Positions 21,090 to 29,118 of a stretch of 64,000 bases of DNA are shown piece after piece; within the stretch, counting starts at the first letter, position 1, and each line of letters opens with the position of its first letter. The notes beneath the pieces are model-generated. The model worked only from the letters and a program-made list of their open reading frames with translations. It was not told where the DNA came from and did not search any database. Made by a program: the position numbers and the translations under genes. This DNA comes from an uncultured delta proteobacterium (GTDB lineage: Bacteria; Desulfobacterota; Binatia; UBA9968), in contig CAWJBB010000087.1 of assembly GCA_963840855.1 (NCBI GenBank), forward strand, positions 32,001-96,000, read 5' to 3'.

Positions 21090-22310
21090 ATGTGTCTGTC
21101 CGGCAATCGAAAACCTGTCCTGAGCGAAGTCGAAGGATCTAAGACCTGTACTACCTTCGATAAACTCAGGCCCCGAGCCTGTCGAGGGAAGCTAAGTCGA
21201 AGTATCCAAAATCTAAAATGGATGGGGCTGGTGATCACATACCTCGTTACGGTTGTGTCTGCCTCGTTCGCAGCGGAAGCGCCTAAGTGGAAGGAAGAAT
21301 GGCAGCGGGTGGTGGAGGCGGCTAAGAAGGAAGGGCAGCTCGCGCTTTACGGCGGCCAAGAGATCACTCATCCGGACATTGTTGCCGCGTTCAACAAGGA
21401 ATTTCCGTTTATCAAGGTGATCTCGGCGACGGGCCGCGCCGCTGATCTAATGACGCGCATCGTTGCTGAGCGGAGAGCGGATAGATATCTCGCCGACGTT
21501 ATGGCTAGCGGGCCCAACGGGCCGCGAATGCTCTATCTCGGTAAATCGCTAGATCCCATCGCGCCGGCATTTATTCTTCCAGAAGTGATCGATGGCTCAA
21601 ATTGGTACGGCGGCAAGCACTGGTACGCCGATCCGGAGAATCAGCATATCTTCATGTTCGAAGGAACGATCAACAGCACGGGGCTTTCGTACAATACGAA
21701 GATGATGAGTCCCGGCGATATCAAGTCGATCTGGGATCTGCTCGCGCCGAAGTGGAAAGGCAAACTCCTAGGCATGGACCCGCGCAGCTCGGCCCCGCCG
21801 ACGCCGGTCCTGATTCTGTATCACCGCGCGGATGTCGGACCAGAATTCGTGCGGCGACTGTACAAAGAAACCGAGATCACGCTTTTCCGCGATCGAGCCC
21901 AGGGAACGAATTGGCTGGCGAGCGGGAAGTTCCCGCTGTGTCTCCTCTGCCGCGATATTGACAAAGCCGCCAAGCAGGGACTTCCCGTGGAAGACATTGC
22001 GCCGGACCAACTAAAGGAAGGCGCTTCGATCGGCGGCGGTGGGAGCAGCGTGGTCGTCCTGATCAATCGCGCGCCCCATCCCAATGCCGCGCGGGTGTTT
22101 ATCAACTGGTACTTGTCGCGCCAAGGCCAGACGGTTTGGCAGAGCGTCATGAACAAGAAGGAAGTGGAAGCATCCGATTCCATGCGCATCGATATTCCGA
22201 AAGACGACGTGCTACCGGAAGCGCGGCGGGTCGAAGGGAAAAAATACAGCGTGGTGGGGTTTCTCGATCCCGATCCGGTGCAGAAGCTGTTGCAGGACGT
22301 ATTGAAATAG
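21090..22310 (+). CDS. ABC substrate-binding protein (clade A) with repeat-derived N-terminal region
   Basis: Clade motifs, LCLLC. Start is either 21090 (through nested repeats) or 21222. Confidence 0.85.
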   Translation: MCLSGNRKPVLSEVEGSKTCTTFDKLRPRACRGKLSRSIQNLKWMGLVITYLVTVVSASFAAEAPKWKEEWQRVVEAAKKEGQLALYGGQEITHPDIVAAFNKEFPFIKVISATGRAADLMTRIVAERRADRYLADVMASGPNGPRMLYLGKSLDPIAPAFILPEVIDGSNWYGGKHWYADPENQHIFMFEGTINSTGLSYNTKMMSPGDIKSIWDLLAPKWKGKLLGMDPRSSAPPTPVLILYHRADVGPEFVRRLYKETEITLFRDRAQGTNWLASGKFPLCLLCRDIDKAAKQGLPVEDIAPDQLKEGASIGGGGSSVVVLINRAPHPNAARVFINWYLSRQGQTVWQSVMNKKEVEASDSMRIDIPKDDVLPEARRVEGKKYSVVGFLDPDPVQKLLQDVLK

Positions 22311-22352
22311 GAAAAGAATTAACCACAAAGAACACATAGAAAAGATTGTAGG

Positions 22353-22378
22353 GTAGGGGCGGACCTGCGTGTCCGCCC
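22353..22378 (+). repeat. GTAG-family REP
   Basis: GTAG followed by gggcggac-ctgcgt-gtccgccc hairpin, the RAYT-associated REP layout. Confidence 0.65.
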
Positions 22379-22560
22379 TCCGAACTGCCCGGAGCCGGTG
22401 TCGGAGCGGAGATTCATCACGAAGCGCACGAAGGAAGCACGAAGTGAATAATTCGCCCACCCGTTACGGAAGATAGGAAAGGGTGAGGCTTGACGGCGAT
22501 GCGCTGCACCCCATTCTCCCGCCGTGCGGGCGAGGCGAAAGGATAGCGAAGGAGAGAAAT

Positions 22561-23502
22561 ATGTCAGAGCAAGCGACGATGGAAATTCGCGGCTTTTACC
22601 GGTCGCACTCCCATCTACCCATTTGGGAAGTCATGGATAAGGCGGGAATCTGGGAACAAAACGGGTTAAAGGTAAGTTTCGAGTTCTGCGACAGCTCATC
22701 CGCGGCGGAAAAAGCGCTGTTCGGCGGCGACGTCGATTTTGTTTCGGGCAATCACATCTCGCCGTATCTATTGGTCAAGCGCGGCCAGCCGATTGTGTGT
22801 CTTACCTCACCCTCGAACACGACTAACGATAGGTTGGTGACGAACTTTCCGATCAAACAAGTCTCGGAGCTTCGTGGCAAGAAGATCGGCGACACCACAT
22901 TGGTTGACTCCATTGGCGGCTATCATCACCCGCGCGGCAATCATATGCTCTACGTCATGGCCGGCGGCTTGCGCCTCGATGAAGTGGAATTCGTCGAGCT
23001 GACGGAATCGAACAATGAGTTTCGCGCGATGCAGATGGAGGTTCTCAAATCTCGCAAAGTCGATGCGATTTTTGTCACCGGCAACACGGAAAAGTTCGAG
23101 CAGGCTGGCATGACGGTCTTGCCCCTCGACCGGCTGCCTATGATCAACGGTCCGACGCTGACATCGACCCTCACGACGCTGCAGAAAAAAACCGGGCTCG
23201 CGGAACGATTGGTAAAGGCGCAGGTGATGGGAATTCACTTCGCGCGCACCCGCCGGGGAGAAACCGAAGAGATTCTCGCAGGGCTCAGGCAAAGAGTGCC
23301 GGAGTGCAAGAACGTTCAGTATCGGAGCGTTTCGAAACTCCTGCCCAAGCCCTATCCGGACCATGAGGCGGTGGCGAACGCGTACAAGCTCTGTTGCTTG
23401 AAAAACCCGGAGGCCGAAGAGATGAGCCCGATGGCGTTGTGGGATCTACATTACCTGAGGGAGCTGGACAATTCTGGATTCATCGATGAATTGTACAAGT
23501 AG
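22561..23502 (+). CDS. NMT1/SsuA/THI5-like periplasmic-binding-protein fold, no signal peptide (copy 1)
   Basis: GIWEQNGLKV, ALFGGDVDF, IKQVSELRGKKIG, LKSRKVDA; RBS aaggagag. Confidence 0.75.
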   Translation: MSEQATMEIRGFYRSHSHLPIWEVMDKAGIWEQNGLKVSFEFCDSSSAAEKALFGGDVDFVSGNHISPYLLVKRGQPIVCLTSPSNTTNDRLVTNFPIKQVSELRGKKIGDTTLVDSIGGYHHPRGNHMLYVMAGGLRLDEVEFVELTESNNEFRAMQMEVLKSRKVDAIFVTGNTEKFEQAGMTVLPLDRLPMINGPTLTSTLTTLQKKTGLAERLVKAQVMGIHFARTRRGETEEILAGLRQRVPECKNVQYRSVSKLLPKPYPDHEAVANAYKLCCLKNPEAEEMSPMALWDLHYLRELDNSGFIDELYK

Positions 23503-23548
23503 TGAAGTGTCTCAAAATTTCAGTCACATAACCGGAAGGCCCTCTGTT

Positions 23549-23804
23549 CGTCATTCCCGCCCTTCGGCAGGGCTCAGGACAAGCTCCAGCGGGAATCCAG
23601 AAGTCCCTGGATTCCGGCTCATGCTTCGAAAGCTGGGATCGCCAGCTTGGCCGGAATGACGGATCAAGGATTTTCAAAGAACACACCGGAAGGGAAGTGG
23701 AGCGATTGCAGAGAGCCGTCATTCCCGCGCATGCGGGAATCCAGGTCTATTTCGTAGTTCAATCGGAGAATTGGACCTGGATGCCCGTTTTCGCGGGCAT
23801 GACG
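23549..23804. repeat. two GTCATTCCCGC-type palindromic repeats; second contains ATTCCC-N8-GGGAAT
   Basis: Units 23549-23661 (with 27-nt insert 23561-23587) and 23717-23804; variants at about 34317-34568. Confidence 0.75.
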
Positions 23805-23859
23805 CAAGGGAATTATGCGATGCGGGTGGCCCCTGGGTTAAGGCTGCGATACGCCCGGA

Positions 23860-23890
23860 TTGACTTCGCATACCCCATAAGAAATATACT
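23860..23890 (+). promoter_or_regulatory. putative sigma70 promoter TTGACT-N19-TATACT
   Basis: Near-consensus hexamers, also at 34623-34653; the spacer is long. Confidence 0.35.
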
Positions 23891-23926
23891 GTGGGCGCCC
23901 GCAGGTTTCATATGAGGAAGGTGAAT

Positions 23927-25105
23927 ATGATCGCATTGGCAGTGACAGTTCGGAGATTTTCTCAAGCAGCGCTGATGGTTGTTGGTTTGGTTTCGCTGGC
24001 CACCACCGCATCCGCTCAATCCGATTGGCAAAAGGAGTGGGAAAAAACTCTTGCCGCGGCCAAGAAAGAGGGGCAGGTCAATATTTATATTTACCGCTAC
24101 GAAGGACTGCTCCAGGACTTCAAGCGCGACTATCCAGGCATTAACGTGGTCTCCGTCACGGGCAGGGGCAACGAGATGACCAATCGGATCATCGCGGAAC
24201 GGCGGGCAGGCAAGTTCATTGCCGATGTTTATAGCGGCGGGACGAACAGTCTTTATAACACTTTATATAAGGGCAAGGCGCTCGATCCGCTCAAACCGGC
24301 GCTGCTGCTGCCCGAGGTCACGGACACTTCAAAATGGTACGGTAACGAGCATCGTTACGCCGACCCGGAGAACAAATATATTTTTGCTTTCATCGGCAGC
24401 CCGAGTAACGCCCAGTTGGCGTACAACACGAATCTGGTCAACCCCAAAGAATTCAAATCTTACCAGGATGTCATTAATCCCAAGTGGAAGGGCAAGATCG
24501 TCTCGCTGGACCCGCGCGACACGGGGCTGGGCGCGACGATGCAATTTTACTATTACAGTCCGGAGATCGGGCCGGAGTTCATGAGGAAGTTTTTCGGCGG
24601 CATGGATATTACATACGTTAAGAATTTTCGCCAGATGACCGATTGGCTAGCGCAGGGAAAATTTGCTATCTGCATGGGTTGTAAGGACTCCATGAGGGCC
24701 AAGAACCAGGGGCTTCCGGTGGATGATTTCGATACCAACCGGTGGAAGGAAGGGTCGAGCTTTTCGGCGGGCGGCGGCTCGCTCGGCTTGATGAATCAGG
24801 CGCCACACCCAAACGCCGCGAAAGTTTTTATCAATTGGTTCCTCTCGCGCAAGGGGCAGATTGCTCTGCAAAGGCTTGGCGACGTGGATGATCCTGCCAA
24901 CTCGCGGCGGATCGATATTCCCAAGGACGATCTTCCGCCGGACGCGCGGATGCAGCCGGGAGTCAAGTATTTCGATGTTGTAAAACCCGAATATGGTGAT
25001 ATGAAACCGATTTTCGACCTGGCGAAAGAAATCATGGCCGGTGTCGAAAAAGATAGGGTTCTTCACTCGAACACGGGGATTTACTCGCGCCAAGGCGCAA
25101 AGTAG
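23927..25105 (+). CDS. ABC substrate-binding protein (clade A) copy 1
   Basis: Clade motifs, ICMGC. C-terminal extension versus copy 2 comes from A5 vs A6 homopolymer near 25050. Confidence 0.87.
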   Translation: MIALAVTVRRFSQAALMVVGLVSLATTASAQSDWQKEWEKTLAAAKKEGQVNIYIYRYEGLLQDFKRDYPGINVVSVTGRGNEMTNRIIAERRAGKFIADVYSGGTNSLYNTLYKGKALDPLKPALLLPEVTDTSKWYGNEHRYADPENKYIFAFIGSPSNAQLAYNTNLVNPKEFKSYQDVINPKWKGKIVSLDPRDTGLGATMQFYYYSPEIGPEFMRKFFGGMDITYVKNFRQMTDWLAQGKFAICMGCKDSMRAKNQGLPVDDFDTNRWKEGSSFSAGGGSLGLMNQAPHPNAAKVFINWFLSRKGQIALQRLGDVDDPANSRRIDIPKDDLPPDARMQPGVKYFDVVKPEYGDMKPIFDLAKEIMAGVEKDRVLHSNTGIYSRQGAK

Positions 25106-25242
25106 CCAAGTTCGGAGGGGAAAGATGAATAGTCTATCAGAAAAGTTTCACCGTTATCGTCCGACCTTTGCGGCCTTGGCGCCTTTGCGCGAGATATTCT
25201 GAATTTCGGTTGCGGCCCTGCCGCGCTGGGTCTCTGTGGTGA
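25084..25242. repeat. GCGCAAAG/CTTTGCGC short-period inverted repeat
   Basis: ctcgcgccaaggcgcaaag..ctttgcggccttggcgcctttgcgcgag. Confidence 0.6.
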
Positions 25243-25288
25243 ATACGCCTTCACTGGAAACCCAGAAGAGCCAAAATAGGAGCGCAAT

Positions 25289-26458
25289 ATGCTCACACGC
25301 GAAGAAAATGAGATGTTGACGCGAGTCGGGCGCGGCACACCGGCGGGCGAAATGCTGCGGCGCTACTGGATGCCGGTTGCGTGCGCCGGAGAGCTTACCG
25401 ATGAGAAGCCGATTAAAGCCTTTCGGCATTTGGGTGAGAATCTCGTTGTCTTTCGCGACAAGAAGGGGCGCTATGGCGTTGTCGCGGAGCAGTGCTCGCA
25501 TCGCAAAGCTTCGCTGGCTTTTGGCCGCGTCGATGAAGAAGGAATTCGCTGTCCCTATCACGGCTGGAAGTATGACTGCACGGGAAGATGCCTGGAGCAG
25601 CCTGCCGAGCCTGAAGAGGGCGGGTTTAAGGATAAGATCAAACAGACGGCGTATCCGGCGGAGAGGTTAGGCGGATTGATATGGGCTTACTTGGGACCGG
25701 AGCCGAGACCGTTGCTGCCGCGCTGGGATGTGTTGGTGTGGGAGGATGGCAAACGCTGGATCGAAAAGCACGAGATCTATAATTGCAACTGGCTCCAGCC
25801 GATGGAGAACTCGGTGGACCCGTCGCATCTCTTTTGGCTGCACGGCGATACGGCGCACCTGGTCGGCACTACCGTGGATCACTACGAGGAAGAGCATAAC
25901 TTCATCCCGTTCGAATACGGCATCATCAAACAACGGCGTACGCCGGGCAGAAAGCCCGGTGAAGGTCCCAAGCTCGATCAACATCCGCTGGTTTTTCCAA
26001 TCACGCTGCGACATGTTTTCCGCGCGCTAAAGACCGACGGATTATTTCGCCACAACTTGCAGATACGCGTGCCCGTGGACGACGCGCACACGCAGGTTTT
26101 CGTAGTCTATTTTACGCCCGTTGACACCGATCGCTCGCCCGCCGACGCCGATACGCCGTGGGAGTATTTTCCGATTCGGGATGAGAAAGGTGAGTATCGT
26201 CTCGAGCATGTGCTGGTGCAGGACGCGATGGCGTGGGAAACCCAGGGGGCCCCTACCGACCGCACGCAGGAACATCTCGGCGTCGGCGATGAAGGAGTTA
26301 TCCTGTTGCGCAAAATCCTGCGCGAGCAAATCGAGATCGTGCGCAAAGGCGGCGAACCTCTCGGCATCGTGCGCGATGCTAGTAAAAATCAGTTGATCGA
26401 GTTCGACGTGATCAACGAACGCGTCGGTCTATTTGGCCGGCAGCAGAAGGTGGCGTAA
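25289..26458 (+). CDS. Rieske oxygenase alpha subunit (copy 1)
   Basis: CSH..CPYH; ENSVDPSHLFWLH; QD. Confidence 0.9.
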   Translation: MLTREENEMLTRVGRGTPAGEMLRRYWMPVACAGELTDEKPIKAFRHLGENLVVFRDKKGRYGVVAEQCSHRKASLAFGRVDEEGIRCPYHGWKYDCTGRCLEQPAEPEEGGFKDKIKQTAYPAERLGGLIWAYLGPEPRPLLPRWDVLVWEDGKRWIEKHEIYNCNWLQPMENSVDPSHLFWLHGDTAHLVGTTVDHYEEEHNFIPFEYGIIKQRRTPGRKPGEGPKLDQHPLVFPITLRHVFRALKTDGLFRHNLQIRVPVDDAHTQVFVVYFTPVDTDRSPADADTPWEYFPIRDEKGEYRLEHVLVQDAMAWETQGAPTDRTQEHLGVGDEGVILLRKILREQIEIVRKGGEPLGIVRDASKNQLIEFDVINERVGLFGRQQKVA

Positions 26459-26475
26459 GCGCGCGCGCCGCGCGC

Positions 26476-26619
26476 GGTTCAAGGTTCCGGGTTCAAGGTT
26501 CAAAGTGGCGCCTGCGGCGCGGTTCAAGGTTCCGGGTTCAAGGTTCAATGTCCCGTCCCCACCTTGAACTTTGAACCTTGAACGTTGAACAGGCGACATT
26601 GAACATTGAACGTTGAACC
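26476..26619. repeat. heptamer array, left arm of long inverted repeat around cupin gene
   Basis: Reverse complement of 27767-27899, including non-heptamer segments. Confidence 0.85.
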
Positions 26620-26644
26620 ACACTATCCCCAGGAGGTATTTCTT

Positions 26645-27748
26645 ATGGCAACTGACCAGCGGCCGGATGATTTAAAACCCGGCAGAACCGACACCTACAA
26701 AGAATGGCAGGCGGCGCAGAACATCCCGGTGATTGGCGGCTTTTTTGTCAAGGACGTCAACCAAGTCGAATTGGCGCCTTGGGACCTAAAAGGCGGCAAC
26801 GCGGCGTTCGTGGTTCTCGACGGCACGGGCGGCGTGAACGACGCGCAGATCGTGGAGATCGCGCCCGGTGGCAAACTTAAACCGCAGAAACATCTCTACG
26901 AAGAAATGGTTTACGTGACCAAGGGGGTTGGCGCGACGACCGTATGGCAAAAGGACGGCAACAAAAAACACACTTTTGAATGGGGGCCGGGAAGCCTTTT
27001 CGCCATTCCGCTCAACTCGCGCTACCAGCACTTCAACGCCAGCGGCACCGACACCGCGCGGTATTTTTCCGTGACCAACTGCTGTTTCATGGTCAATCTG
27101 TTTCACAACGTGGAATTTGTTTTCGGCGACGAGTGGGAATTTCTCGATCGTTTCGACCCCCGCAGCGAAGGCTATTTCAGCGGCAAGGGCGAGGTTTTCG
27201 GACGATTCTTCATGACGACGAATTTTGTCCCGGACACGCACACCATCGGGCTTGCCGACTACAAAGAGCGAGGCAAGGGCAGCACGAACATGAAGTTCGA
27301 TCTCGCCAAGAACACCATGGGCGCGCATATCTCCGAGTTTCCCGTGGGCACCTATAAGAAAGGTCACCGGCATGGTCCCGGCGCCCACGTGATCATTCTC
27401 AGCGGCCAGGGATATTCGACCCTCTGGCCGGAGGGCGACGAGATGCGCCGCGTGGACTGGGGGCCAGGCAGCGTTGTCGTGCCGCCCGACCAGTGGTTCC
27501 ACCAGCATTTCAATTCCGGCGCCAAACCGGCGCGCTATCTCGCGCTGCGGTGGAACAATTGGCGTTTCCGCTTCATGCGCATGCAAGACGGCGAAGGCAG
27601 CACCTACACCAGCGTCAAGCAGGGCGGCGGCCAGATCGAGTTCGAAGACGAAGACCCTGCGGTACACCGCGACTTCGAAGCGGCGATGCGGAAAGTCGGC
27701 GCTAAGTGCGCTATGGGCTCGTATCATCCGGGTTGCACGGTCAAGTAG
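26645..27748 (+). CDS. bicupin protein, gentisate dioxygenase-like (copy 1)
   Basis: QKHLYEE..QHFN; KGHRHGPG..WFHQHFN; RBS aggagg. Confidence 0.85.
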   Translation: MATDQRPDDLKPGRTDTYKEWQAAQNIPVIGGFFVKDVNQVELAPWDLKGGNAAFVVLDGTGGVNDAQIVEIAPGGKLKPQKHLYEEMVYVTKGVGATTVWQKDGNKKHTFEWGPGSLFAIPLNSRYQHFNASGTDTARYFSVTNCCFMVNLFHNVEFVFGDEWEFLDRFDPRSEGYFSGKGEVFGRFFMTTNFVPDTHTIGLADYKERGKGSTNMKFDLAKNTMGAHISEFPVGTYKKGHRHGPGAHVIILSGQGYSTLWPEGDEMRRVDWGPGSVVVPPDQWFHQHFNSGAKPARYLALRWNNWRFRFMRMQDGEGSTYTSVKQGGGQIEFEDEDPAVHRDFEAAMRKVGAKCAMGSYHPGCTVK

Positions 27749-27766
27749 TCGCGCGTGGCTACTGCT

Positions 27767-27899
27767 GTTCAAGGTTCAATGGCTTCGCCTGTTCAACGTT
27801 CAAGGTTCAAAGTTCAAGGTTGGGGACGGCTCATTGAACCTTGAACCTGGAACCTTGAACAGCGCCGCAGGCGCCACGTTGGACCTTGAACTTTGAACC
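27767..27899. repeat. heptamer array, right arm of long inverted repeat
   Basis: gcgccgcaggcgccac (27862-27877) is the exact reverse complement of 26505-26520. Confidence 0.85.
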
Positions 27900-27959
27900 A
27901 GTAATCACAGGTCCATTGCCTTCGAGCGGCGGGTTCGCGCCTCGATTTGCCGAGTTGAT

Positions 27960-29099
27960 ATGATCGCGTCCAGCAGAATCATTTTTCTCACTCTCGCGTT
28001 TCTGAACGCGCTTGCGCCCGCGGCGTTTGCCGCCGATGCGACTTTACAGCGGGAACAAGAATGGAACCGCGCGGTGCGCGCGGCGGAGCAGGAGGGAGAG
28101 ATCGTCCTTTCCGCGCTGAGCGAAGTTGGAGAAGTGTTTACCCACGGCGGGTTCCAGAAGAAATTTCCCAAGATCAAACTGAACGTCGTGCCCGCTCGCG
28201 GCGGCGATCAGGTCACGAGAATCATGGCTGAACGACGCGCGGGGAAGTTTCTCGTTGACGTCGGGAATATGGGCAATACCTCGCCCTACCGCCTCTATCA
28301 AGCCAGGGTGCTCGATCCGATCGCATCCGCGTTTCTTATCCCCGAAGTCGAAGACGAATCCAAGTGGTGGCAAGGAAAACACCAATTCATCGATCCGGAA
28401 GGCAAGTACATCTTCGTGTACGTCGCCGCGCCGCTTTATTTAGTCGGCTATAACACTAAGCTCGTAAATCCCAGCGAGTTCAAGTCTTATTGGGATTTGC
28501 TCAACCCTAAGTGGAAGGGAAAAATCGTCGTCTTCGATCTGCAAGCCGGCGGCTTCGCCGCGACGCGGGACCGTTTCTTCTATCATCATCCCGAGTTGGG
28601 AGCGGATTTTCTCACCAAGCTTCACAGCGAGATGGATGTCACGCTTTACCGGCGCTATCCTCAGGGCGAAGACTGGCTCGCCGCCGGAAAGTACAGTTTG
28701 TGTCTCTGCCGCCACCAGTCGATCAGTGAAGCTAAAAGCCAGGGGTTGCCGGTGGATCTGGTCGAGCCTGGCGCGTTTAAAGAAGGTATCGGCATTGAAA
28801 CCCGCGCCAAGACCCTCGTTCTGATGAACAAGCCGCCGCATCCGAATGCGGCGAAGGTTTTCATCTCGTGGTTTTTGTCGCGCGAAGGGCAAATCGATTT
28901 TCAAAAAACCTCCGCGAAATTTACTGACGCGGGCGCCGAGGGTTCGCTGAGAATGGATATTCCGAAGGATGACATTCCGGCGCGCAACCGGATCCATGCC
29001 GGAGGGAAATACCTTCCACAGTGGAATCCCGAGCATTTCGAGATGAAACCTATCACCCAGCTTATCAGCCAGGCGCAAGCCAAAGCCAAAAAACAGTGA
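27960..29099 (+). CDS. ABC substrate-binding protein (clade A, CxC variant) copy 1
   Basis: Signal peptide (AFA-A), clade motifs, LCLC. Confidence 0.87.
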   Translation: MIASSRIIFLTLAFLNALAPAAFAADATLQREQEWNRAVRAAEQEGEIVLSALSEVGEVFTHGGFQKKFPKIKLNVVPARGGDQVTRIMAERRAGKFLVDVGNMGNTSPYRLYQARVLDPIASAFLIPEVEDESKWWQGKHQFIDPEGKYIFVYVAAPLYLVGYNTKLVNPSEFKSYWDLLNPKWKGKIVVFDLQAGGFAATRDRFFYHHPELGADFLTKLHSEMDVTLYRRYPQGEDWLAAGKYSLCLCRHQSISEAKSQGLPVDLVEPGAFKEGIGIETRAKTLVLMNKPPHPNAAKVFISWFLSREGQIDFQKTSAKFTDAGAEGSLRMDIPKDDIPARNRIHAGGKYLPQWNPEHFEMKPITQLISQAQAKAKKQ

Positions 29100-29118
29100 G
29101 TGGAACAAAGGAGTCATT

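Noticed and set aside
26476-26619. Repeat arrays as CRISPR
   Set aside because: They are short-period tandem or inverted units without constant repeats and unique spacers, and no cas genes are present.
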